A stretch of 63,769 nucleotides of DNA, counting the filler, from Hyphochytrium catenoides (lineage: Eukaryota; Protista; Hyphochytriomycota), in assembly GCA_900088475.1 (NCBI GenBank). It is 16 parts of 16 records of this genome, joined end to end, with 100 filler letters (N's around TTAATTAATTAA, not from the genome) between each part and the next. Parts side by side here need not be neighbours in the genome. Positions count along the whole stretch, not along the records: positions 37,173 to 40,872 come from FLMG01002329.1; positions 40,973 to 50,794 come from FLMG01000701.1; 14 more parts are not named here. One strand, written 5' to 3'. Below, one piece after another: positions 37,513 through 47,600 of this stretch (the first letter of the stretch is position 1; each line of letters starts with the position of its first letter). The notes beneath the pieces are model-generated. The model worked only from the letters and a program-made list of their open reading frames with translations, had not been told where the DNA came from and searched no databases. Position numbers and translations under genes: made by a program.

Positions 37513-38670
37513 CTAACCTTTAAAGAGCGAAAGCTCCACGGCGAAGGCGATCGTAGTCTTCAGAAACTCTACCATATGGTTAAATGATGTGTATTGCGCG
37601 GTGTCATTGGCGGAATGAATCTGAGGATTAAAACTGCCAAATCTGCTTTCAAAGTGAAAGGAAGATGGGAAGCCAGTCTGATTCCAGCTGGCGTGATCCG
37701 AGCAGCCATAGCCACACGTGGTGTCGACAATAGGGATGCTCACGTATTCCTTAGCTAGGAATCGAAGCACCCGTGTCAAAGCTGCGTTGGTGTCGTCCGT
37801 AACGATCGCGTAGACAGGCTTCTTTTCACCCCCATAGCCCGTCATGTCGCTCTGCAACATTCCGTAGACCGGAATCCTTTTCACGCGGTACTCTGCGGCA
37901 ATTGCCTGACTTCCAATTAGCCCAACTTCTTCCGCAGCATAGAAATGGAACTCAATAGGACGACCGGGAACGAAATTAGGATTTGCCAGGAGGAGTCTTA
38001 GCGTTTCGAGGTTGTTAGCACAGCCTGTGCCATCGTCATCATACCCGGGGGCTCTGTTCGCTGAAAAGTTAGAGCCTCCCACCCCGCTGATGGAATCCTG
38101 GTGAGCTCCTAGAATGACGATGCCGCCTGACCTCTCGGTTGGTTTTGTGGCGGTGAGCTTTGCAATTATGGATGGTTGCCTCCAGGAGGTGTGCTTGACC
38201 TTTGTGACATTCAAGAATACATCCGTTCTCCTTTGTCTGGCATTTTCTCCGAGCTTTTTGAGCTCAGCGAAGAGAAACTGTGCTGACTGCACTCCGGTAG
38301 AAGATTTTGAGTAACGAGTGTAAAAGGAGGTGAACTTCTTCAAGAAGCTTTGGATGTAAGACTTATCAATCGCTTTGATAAGAGATGTGACCAAAGGCTT
38401 ATGTAAAGACTTGGTCGGATAAATCCGAGCACGCTCTCTGGATAGCTCTGCCATTTTAGGGAGTTCATTCCAGGTGCCATCTGTAACATCCACAAAGTTG
38501 ATGCCGTCCTTAAGGAGTTCCATTATTTGAATCTGTGTCATCCATTCTTGGTGATCCTCGCGGGTGGAGATGAGACGTTTCCCTTCCTCGAGTTCGCTGG
38601 TACTCGAGGAAGGATGCGCTACAAAAGAGAATGTTAAAAAGGCAACCGCAGCCTTGAGGAACCCCCTCAT
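37513..38670 (-). CDS. Secreted M28 (M28E) leucine aminopeptidase, intronless
   Basis: Signal peptide; GAHQDS, APGYDDDGTG, AAEEVGL, QSDMTGY, CGYGCSDHASW, IHSANDT. All zinc ligands of the Vibrio AAP / fungal LAP1 family are present. Confidence 0.93.
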   Translation of the reverse strand: MRGFLKAAVAFLTFSFVAHPSSSTSELEEGKRLISTREDHQEWMTQIQIMELLKDGINFVDVTDGTWNELPKMAELSRERARIYPTKSLHKPLVTSLIKAIDKSYIQSFLKKFTSFYTRYSKSSTGVQSAQFLFAELKKLGENARQRRTDVFLNVTKVKHTSWRQPSIIAKLTATKPTERSGGIVILGAHQDSISGVGGSNFSANRAPGYDDDGTGCANNLETLRLLLANPNFVPGRPIEFHFYAAEEVGLIGSQAIAAEYRVKRIPVYGMLQSDMTGYGGEKKPVYAIVTDDTNAALTRVLRFLAKEYVSIPIVDTTCGYGCSDHASWNQTGFPSSFHFESRFGSFNPQIHSANDTAQYTSFNHMVEFLKTTIAFAVELSLFKG

Positions 38671-39619
38671 CTTGCTGTCACGGAGAAGAATGGCACGCTA
38701 AAAGACCCGAAGGAGTATAGGTCCTCCAAAGACGGCAGCAGGGACTGCAGTGGGCGATATGCGATCCTGATAGCTAACTTTGCTATGAGTCTACCTGGGC
38801 GGGACGCCGACGAGGGAGGAACTCAGTGCACAATGAGTTGGCCGTAGAAGAGCTGACCCACAGCCGAGCTGGGTGACCAATGGTTTTCCTTTCAAACTTG
38901 ATCGCTACCAGAGAGCTCCAGATACTTCTTAGAGTCTCAGAGGAAGATGATAGCATCGTTGTAAGAGGAAGCACTACATAAGAATCTTCTTATCGGGGCA
39001 GCATGTCTTATCTGTGTGCTCTCCATGGCAGTACATGTAAAATAGTGTGCTGTGCTCTCCTTCAATATTCTATATCTGGGCGAATAGAACGAAAAGAGAA
39101 GGCGTCATATTCCTGACGGTGGTACATCATCATCAGGCCTCATAAAGTTTGTCCTGTAGTCCTACCATCACGACACGCAACCGAGAGCTCGCACCTTAAC
39201 CCCACTAACTCTACATTTACATTAGCATCGAATGGAGCATAACTCACCAGCATGAGACCAAGCAGCTACACCGCAGTACCTGTACCTCATCTGTAGAACT
39301 ATCAACCATGGACTGTCACAACACGGACACTCCCGTCACCGCCTCTCTTCCTGTCTCCTGCTATTTTTTTTTCTAAATTCTGCCATGTGATGTCAGATGT
39401 CGGAAAGAAGGGATGATCGGCCGGTTCCTTCGGCCGGTCAACAAGAATAAAGACGCAGAGAAATGTCAATCCACTAAACTGAAGACAGAGTTATGAGTCA
39501 CTAGTTCTACCAGCGTATAAGTCTATATTACTCCGTATATTTTATTTGGCACCGTTATTTTATATTCTCGACTTATTACTACTAATAAAAAGTATAACTA
39601 AGGAGGAGAAAAGAAGGAA

Positions 39620-40290
39620 TAGCTTCAACTATACCTTTCCACGCAGGCTATAAAGGTCGTTTGTCTGAAAAGGCGAAGTTGAAGAAGCATGAGGCACTTT
39701 GCCGGGTTGTAGGGCTGAAAATTGTTCCAATGGTTTGGGAGTCCTTTGGGGGAGCTATGCCGGGCGTTGATTGTTGATTGTGTTAGCCATCTTATGTAGC
39801 TTCAATGCGACCGCTCTGCTCTTGATGCTTCTCGGCATCTTGGTCAATGGTGGTCCCGTTTGGCCAAGGTCTTACGCCTTCACACGAGAGTCTCCATGGG
39901 GATTCATGAGGAAAATGCGCTTCAGATCCTGAAGCGTATTCCTCTTGAGCAGTTGGAGCCTTCTCTTGCTTGCCTCGCGGCGTTTGAAGTTGATGTTGAT
40001 GACAGTGTGGTTGATGATTCACCTCCCCCTCCTCCTCCTTCTCCCCTTATTATCACTAAGGAAATCAATTATGATTCTTCCTTTACTGATGATGAGTGTG
40101 GAGGAGATCAGGTTGAGGAGGAAGAGACCCAAGGCGTTAAAGATTTTCCTTGTTTCTTCTTTTCTTCTTCCTCTTTCCTCTTCTTCTTCTTCTCCTTCCT
40201 CCATTTCTTCTTCTTATTATTGCTTCATCTCTTACTTCTTCGTAGTAGTTATTAGTCTTAGTAGTCAATAAAGGCCACATCTCCCTAAAA
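39620..40290 (+). mobile_element. 5'-truncated non-LTR retrotransposon 3' end (restriction-like endonuclease clade, CRE/R2 group), degenerate
   Basis: EKAKLKKHEALCRVVGLKIVPMVWESFGG...QWWSRLAKVL...GIHEENALQILKR resembles the REL C-terminus (K..KY...C...FVP...E.FG...RLS..LQRGNA). Followed by a low-complexity 3'UTR, AATAAA and an A-run. Confidence 0.6.
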
Positions 40291-40599
40291 AAAATACATT
40301 TTATAAAAAATCGGCTCTCTTAGGCCTGCCTTCCCATCGACGTGCTAGTCCACCTGCGGCGGTTGAGTGCTCTCTTCGTGCCCTCTACTACGATGACATG
40401 GGGTGGCCGGAGCAGTCAGAGGAGCGCCATAACTTCCTCCAGCTAGCTGCGATCAAGGACTTGCAGCATAAATTCTGCTCCCGTCTCTGGAAACGCGCTC
40501 ACCTCCGTCTTCTTTCTCTTCCTTCTCCTGCTTCTCGACTCGTCTTCGTTCTGTTTCTCTCCCTCATGCTGGGGCCTTCCTCACTGCTTCCCCTGTGAT

Positions 40600-40872
40600 G
40601 GGAAAGGGCTTTTATAAACTTTTTTATAAGGCTTTATTATCTATTATTTTATTTTTTACTACTATCGCTACTTTTTTTATATAGGGACTTATTGCATACT
40701 ATCGCTACTAACAGACTAATTCTAGAAGAAGAAGAAAGAGAAGAAGGAGAAGAGGAAGAAGAAGGGAAGAAAAGCTAAGAAGCCTTAGGCCTCAGTAGTG
40801 ATGAGCGGAGAAGAAGGAGGAGGAGGAGGTGAACCACCAGCAACCATGTCATCACCAGCAACCATGTCATCA
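40600..40872 (-). mobile_element. Second, inverted copy of the same non-LTR element 3'UTR
   Basis: The reverse complement TGATGACATGGTTGCTGGTGGTTCACCTCCTCCTCCTCCTTCTTCTCC resembles 39996-40045, followed by a (TTC)-rich tract and AATAAA. Confidence 0.55.
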
Positions 40873-40981
40873 NNNNNNNNNNNNNNNNNNNNNNNNNNNN
40901 NNNNNNNNNNNNNNNNTTAATTAATTAANNNNNNNNNNNNNNNNNNNNNNNNNNNNNNNNNNNNNNNNNNNNTCTCTCTTT

Positions 40982-41015
<34 letters not shown>

Positions 41016-41789
41016 ACTTCTTTCTCTCTCGCTCTCTCTTTCTCTCTCGCCCTCGAGCTCTCTCTTCCTCTCCAGATCTTTCTCTCGCTCTCGCTCTCAC
41101 TCTTCTCTCTCTCGCTCTCTCTTTCTCTCTCGCCCTCGAGCTCTCTCTTCCCCTCCAGATCTTTCGCTCTCGCTCTCGCTCTCGCTCTCTCTCCTCTTAT
41201 GTCCTCTGGCTCTCTCTCTCTCTACAATTCCTCTCCGCTCTCTCTTTCCCCTCTGCCACCCAACAGTAGCAACCACTGTTGCCCGCAAAGAGCAGCTTTT
41301 TCTCCTCTGTGGTTGGACTCAGTTAACCGTCTCCAGCATCCGCAAAAGCATTCCCTGCTGTCGCGAGGGACTATTGCGCGCACGTGCCTGTCACTGCCTT
41401 CTACCGAGCTCTACCAGAGCTGCGTCTGCATTATCTCTCTCCCGATCTCTCGTCTCTCAGCTTGAGATTGGAGCTTCCTGGTGCACTTAGTGCGTCTTCG
41501 CCACGTTGGTTGGTCCCATTGCTTTAGCCCGCAACACTCTTTCTTCAAACGGCTGTATGCCTTATCACAACGACAACCTCTTCACCAATCCAACCACTGC
41601 TCATTGTAGTCAACACAAAGACAGCAGTGTCTTTCTGAGGTCAAAGAGATCTCGGGAAAGACTCCGCTCTCAGCAGCAACATTTGTCTCCGTTAGCGATA
41701 CGTTATCCCACCCCCTACGAGCCCGCGGCTCAATAGTGACCGAAGCCTTTGCAGCCCAAACGTCAATAGATCAAGCAACCTAAGGAAGG

Positions 41790-43085
41790 ATGTTGAACAT
41801 CGCAGGAACTCAAGACATTGTGGACCCGGAGTACCGGTACAAGATGCCGAAGATTATTGCCAAGATCGAAGGTCGTGGCAACGGTATCAAGACGGTTATC
41901 GTCAACTGCTTGGACCTTTCCGTGGCTCTCCATCGCTCTGCAGGAGAGATAACGAAGTTCTTCGGTACGGAGTTTGGAGCCCAGTCCAAGTATGACCCAG
42001 CTGCAGACAGATCAGTGGTCAACGGAGCTTTCGACGGCAATGATCTTCAAAGTCATTTGAAGAAGTACATTGAGACCTTTGTCCTTTGCCCCAACTGCAG
42101 GCTCCCAGAAACCAAGTATCGTATCAAGAACGGCACCATCTATCACAGCTGCGCGTCCTGCGGCGAGCGGAGTCCCATTGACATGTCGCTAAAGCTGACA
42201 ACCTTCATCCTGAAAGAGCACGACAAGGAAAAGAAGGAGAAGAAGAAGGAGAAGGGGGATAAGAAGGAGAAGGGAGACAAGAAGGAGAAGGGAGAGAAGA
42301 AGGAGAAAAAAGAGAAAAAGGAAAAAGGAGACAAGAAAGAGAAGTCTAAGAATGGAGAAGACGGCAAGGAGAAGAAGAGCAAGAAGAAGAACAAGGACGA
42401 TGAGGACGACGATGGGGTCACATGGTACACGGATACGTCAGCTGAAGCAGTTGCAGAGAGAGCTGCTGAGGCCGAAAAGTTGGAGGCACGCGCAATGGCT
42501 GCGAGTGGGGGCGGTTCTCCTAGCAACGCCGACGCTGATGACGAGGAAGACGTGGTCGCCACGTTGGACAATTTGCACGTGGACGACCTTGCTGCCATCG
42601 CTAGTGGCGTCGATAGACTCCGCGCTTTCATTCAGGGTGGTAACAGAAAGCCTGCTGAAGTATCCGAGGAGGTTCGTCGCATTCAAACTAACTCCGCATT
42701 GCCTCCCTTGGAGAGGATCCGCATCTTTGTGGAGGGCACATTCACTGAGGGCATCGTCAGCAAGAAGGAGGCAGAGAAGAATATGGCTGTCTTCAAGGAT
42801 CTGGTGCACTCCAACGATGAACAGACCTTCTTGATTGCTGTGCTTCTGCGCTTCTGCGGGCTTGTTCATCCAAGCTTGAAAAAGTCTTTTCCCGTCTTGC
42901 TTTCCAAGCTTTATGAGGCTGATGTCCTTTCAGAGGAAGCTGTACTGGCTTGGCACAAAGATACCTCTGGCAAGCATGGCATCCAAGATGTTCCCGAGAC
43001 TCTAGTGAAGGAGATGAAGGCTGTTTGCAACCCTTTCATTGTCTGGCTTGAGAACGCTGAGGAGGAGTCCGAGGACGAGGAGTAG
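41790..43085 (+). CDS. EIF5: Eukaryotic translation initiation factor 5, intronless
   Basis: YRYKMP (GAP arginine), EGRGNGIKTV, KFFGTEFGAQ, CPNC...CASCG zinc ribbon, lysine-rich linker, W2 domain with LYEADVLSEEAVLAW and PFIVWLENAEEESEDEE. Confidence 0.97.
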   Translation: MLNIAGTQDIVDPEYRYKMPKIIAKIEGRGNGIKTVIVNCLDLSVALHRSAGEITKFFGTEFGAQSKYDPAADRSVVNGAFDGNDLQSHLKKYIETFVLCPNCRLPETKYRIKNGTIYHSCASCGERSPIDMSLKLTTFILKEHDKEKKEKKKEKGDKKEKGDKKEKGEKKEKKEKKEKGDKKEKSKNGEDGKEKKSKKKNKDDEDDDGVTWYTDTSAEAVAERAAEAEKLEARAMAASGGGSPSNADADDEEDVVATLDNLHVDDLAAIASGVDRLRAFIQGGNRKPAEVSEEVRRIQTNSALPPLERIRIFVEGTFTEGIVSKKEAEKNMAVFKDLVHSNDEQTFLIAVLLRFCGLVHPSLKKSFPVLLSKLYEADVLSEEAVLAWHKDTSGKHGIQDVPETLVKEMKAVCNPFIVWLENAEEESEDEE

Positions 43086-44629
43086 GATTGTCGTAGCGAG
43101 GGGTCCGAGGAGGATGACGAGTAGGATTGTCTTAGAGCTTTTGTTTCGTTGGTCCTGGCAGACTCGGAGCGGTTGTGCTCGCAGCTCTAGCTTCTCTGCT
43201 TAGTCTCCGCTGGTCGCAATAGCAGTCTCATACTAGGCTTTATATTAACCACTATGGATACGTAGTTCAACTCAGATTTTGGCCCTTCGCACCCTAAGTA
43301 CTCCTCATCATGTTAAGACTGCACTAGGAAATGGTGAACCCAGGTGTGGAGGAGTAGTGCTCAAGTGCAGATGGCTGGCAGACAATTGCTACTTTCTTCC
43401 TTCCCCAGTATAAGGAGCTCCTTTTGATCACCATTATCGTCAGTCGTGCAGGAACTATCGAACTAGCTGAAGAGCGACTAGATGATGGGAAGAAAGGTCT
43501 TACAGTGCGATGCCAAACAGACTCGTCCATCATCCTTATTTGGCCAGTGAAGACGGCCTCTCGCTCCTTCACGCTCACCTCACCGTTGGGCAAGCATATG
43601 AGGTGAATCCACTTTATTATGTTGGCCTTGACAACTGCGTCACCAGCGAGGACGATGTGGTCAACGACCAAGCGGCCAAGCAGTTGTCAAGACCAAATAA
43701 TAAAAAAGTGCTGGTTCCATGTCAGCAGTTTCCCTACCCGGTGATTGCGACGAGGAAGTGCTATATTCTAATGCCCAGCCGCTCAATGGGGTTGAAGGAT
43801 GGACCAAGAAGAAGAGTTGTCCAGCGTGTCGATGGACTCATGCTGGTGGGTAACACAGGCACTAGGCCCCAACAGGTCTTTTAAATAATGTAAGCTAACA
43901 TCGTGGATGACCACTCCGGCGGTCGAAGTAGTTACCGCCAGAGCATGCTATCTCCTCTTACCTAGGCAAGAACGGGTAGAGAGGGTGCTTACGACTACTT
44001 TGGTTGTCTATCCTCATTACTGGTGGCTAAGAATTACAAAGAGGAAAACCTGATGATCTCACTCGTCCCATATCCCGTCGTACGATAATATTAGTATAGC
44101 GCTGCCATGGCTAGCTGGTGGAGTTGTTCTTCCTTGTCACCCGCTCAGCAGCTTAGACGACTCCTTGATGACGTGTGCAGCGGTGTATATTATACTATCG
44201 GATGTTCTACTTCTGATCGCGTCAGCGTCCGTGGCCACAGGTTAGTACGGGTCACCCAGCTTAGAAGGCGTTGGGGGCCGCGAAGCCTCTGTACTAAACT
44301 AAGTACGTACGCTAATAATGCATAAACAGAGTCTGGCTGTGCGGAACCCCCACCTCTCTACTCCCAAGGCGGCCTGAATACGCTCCAGCGGCTGCAATCC
44401 AGCAGATTGACACCGGCCAAGTTCATCATCAAAGGTAGCGGCGGCAAACCAGCAGATTGACACCGCCCAAGTTCATTATCAAAGGCCTCTTCCGCCACTA
44501 GGAAGCCAAAGGAACTGCCACCTTTTTCTGACAGCTTCCGGCGTACGATCACAACCGGGCTATCCCTCGCGGGTCCTATTAGAGGTAAAAGTGACAGACG
44601 GTGCTTTCCTCTTCTCCTTCTGGGTTGGT

Positions 44630-47600
44630 CTATTTCTCGTGGAAGATTGTAACTCCATCCCAATCGTCAGGAGGAGGGGGACTAGCTAAGGCGGCTACGC
44701 AGTGTTCTTTAAGCCTGCTTAGCGGTCCATCTTCAGCAAACTCTTGAAGGGCTCTTTGGACCGCTTTCAGAGCCTCGGAGAACTGTCTCAACCTCTGTCA
44801 GCTTATAATAAGATATTGATAGAAGGGGGATTGGTGGTACTTCCAGACCTGTCGATGTAAGTAGAGCTGAAAAGCCTCTCCAGTCAAAGTCGCCAACCTC
44901 AAGTCTGCCTTTGAAGCTTCATTCTGTCTGGCGATTAGCTCGTAGAGCTGCAACAACAAACAATGCAGGAGGTCAACAAGAGGAGCTCAAGAATAATCAC
45001 AACGCCTAGCTGGAGAGGAGGAGCAGAAACGTTGAGGTTAAGAGCTGCAAGGTGATTACCTCTGTGGATCCTGCTCGGCCTTTTACTCTCACGCGGTCTA
45101 CTGACCGGACCAGATACCCTTCAATGCTTGACCGCGTCCCGTCCGTTATAAGGCTCTTTGTTCGATAATATTTGTTTAGATTTTCAACCCTGCTCGCCGT
45201 GTTGACTATCATGAGAGCAAGGATGAGTGACAAGTCTTAAGTCCCTACTCGGAGAATGATGAAGAGCTCCTCATTCGAAGCTCTCCTTATCTTCCTACCT
45301 GTGTCTCCAACGACTCCAAACTGTGGAAATAAATGGCGGGAGTACGACGTACACAAAGGAAGCAAAAGGTAGCTACCGTCAGAAGCCTTTATACTACGAA
45401 GCAAAGAGGAACTACTGACAACTCTATCACCTTCATTTTGTTGGGGCTGCCGATATTTCCGGTGAGGGCTTCCCCTGTGTTAATGCCAATCCTTATCTCT
45501 ATTTCAGGTAATCCCCTCTCCTGCCACTTGCGATTGAGGCTCTCTAGCTCCTTTTGCATCAGTAAGGCACATTCGCAGGCTCTCTCCGCATGACTTTGGA
45601 CGACATCCGGACTGTTCCAGAAGACCATGATCCCGTCACCGATAAAGTCACCTGATGATCAAGTCGTTGGTCCCACCTCACAAGGGCAACCTATTTCTTG
45701 AGAAGGTACACACTAGGAAGAAGACCTGCTGCCAGGGTGGCGCAGAGACATGGAACGGTCTCGTCGAAGACGTAGCAGAGCTCATCGTTTCCCCCACAGA
45801 AAATTAGCAAATCCAAGACCACGAGAAGACTGTCAAGCATCGAGGTTACCTATGGTTCCCTCCGTAAGCTCTACAACCATGCCCATGCGGGCAAGATATT
45901 CTGCTAACAGCTGCACGAGGTCTGAAAGAGGCACTGCCTCCGAGATGGTCGTAAAGTTCTTGATGTCACTGAACAGGACAGTAATATTGCGCCGCATCAC
46001 GTACAGCTTTGAGGCCTGGCAGGGGATGTAAGAAGGGAGGAAAGCAAGAAGATAAAGAGATGACATAGGACAAAGACCTGGCAGGGTGAGGAAGTAAGGG
46101 AGGATGTCGCAGGATAATAATAACAAGTGTAAAACAGCACAACACCATCAGGACACGGCCTCTGTCCAATCAGTGCCGAAGACAGGTTACTCTTTTCCAG
46201 CTATGAGAAGTAACGACATGTGATGTACCTTTTGATCGCCAGAGACAATCCTCCGGACAACCGTCTCAGGAACAAACCTGGCAAAACCTTCCAGCCCCTC
46301 TCTCAGTTTGAGATAGGCTAGCCCCATATCGTCCATCTCACGGATACGTGACGACAGCTCAGGCTTGGCTTGCCTATAAAAAACAGTTCCGAAGGTCTAT
46401 GAGCGGCCGTGTTGGACACAAATGAAAGCAAGAAGACAGCATCTACCAAGCAAAAGGAGAGGCCTTATTACCCGAAGTTTAATCTGGCTACTTCTAGCAT
46501 GTCTCTAGAGAGACGCTTCATGGGTTTGTGGAGACCATAGGATATTAGAAAGGCAAATCCTCCGGAGAGAAAGAGCCAGATTGAAACTGCCAAAACTGAT
46601 GTCCTAAGACCGGCAATAATGTCCGATCTGGCATCTTCAATTGGATAAAGAAGAGTTAGCTTAGCACTATCCTTGCGCCAGAAGGGGAAGGGCAGAAGAG
46701 AAGCCATAGCGGACACTCATCCCCCTATACCCCCTTGACAACGAAGCAGCAGTGCCAAACTGCCATGAATTTTTCGCGCTCTACTGACCCCACGGCAGCA
46801 TATAACTATCTGATCTTCTCCCAGCGTCAGCCCCCTCTTTATCTTCGTCGCCATCTTCTCCTGCCTACGAGAGAGAACTCAGATTGAGCACCATACCACT
46901 TTGGAGAGCAAGAAAGCTCTCTTTGCTCTTTGCGGCTGCCGCTATTGATTGAGCGATGAACTCTGTGTCAGGAACCGCCAAGATAAGAAGCCACTCTAAG
47001 CCGTGGCCCTGCTCCAAAGGCAAATCGACTGCCCCAGCCGACTGTAAGAAAGATGCATATCATATGACGGGGAACGATTGTGAAGTCCTCACCCTTTTTC
47101 CATTGAATGAAGACACAGACGTCGTCCGACTCGGTCATTAAGCGATCCCCGATGGAACTGCATGGTGATTCAGGTCCATTCTGAATATGATAAGAGGCAT
47201 CTCCATTGTTGGGCACGTTCTGCGTAGGAGCGAAAGGACAGCGAGCCTTATAATTGAAGATTGAGGCATTATTCCAGGAGTAATACCCTTACCGTCCAGT
47301 CCTGAAACAGCTTGAGGACGAGGGAACTGCTGTTACGAATCAAAGAGTTGTCACTTTCATTGGCGTTGGGGAGACTCCTCGCTTCAGCTGTTACCTATCG
47401 AAGTTATATGAGGTAAGCGCCAACCAAGGCACGGATTAGCGAGTACATCCAGACACGCTCAGTGCGAGGATAAGCTATAACAACCTTGGGAATAAGAGAA
47501 AGACAAAAGAACTAGTAGTAGATTGCGGCCCACCGCGTAGCTCGGATCCTGAGCAGACCCCGCTATCAGCTTTCCCGAGGAGAATGTCTTGGTTGGGAAA

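Noticed and set aside
43324-43900. Coding-like ORFs downstream of eIF5
   Set aside because: No recognisable motif, multiple stops; possibly a decayed element.
44399-44486. ~51-bp tandem duplication, and a 21-22-bp duplication at 48139-48181
   Set aside because: Only two copies each in non-coding DNA; ordinary slippage.
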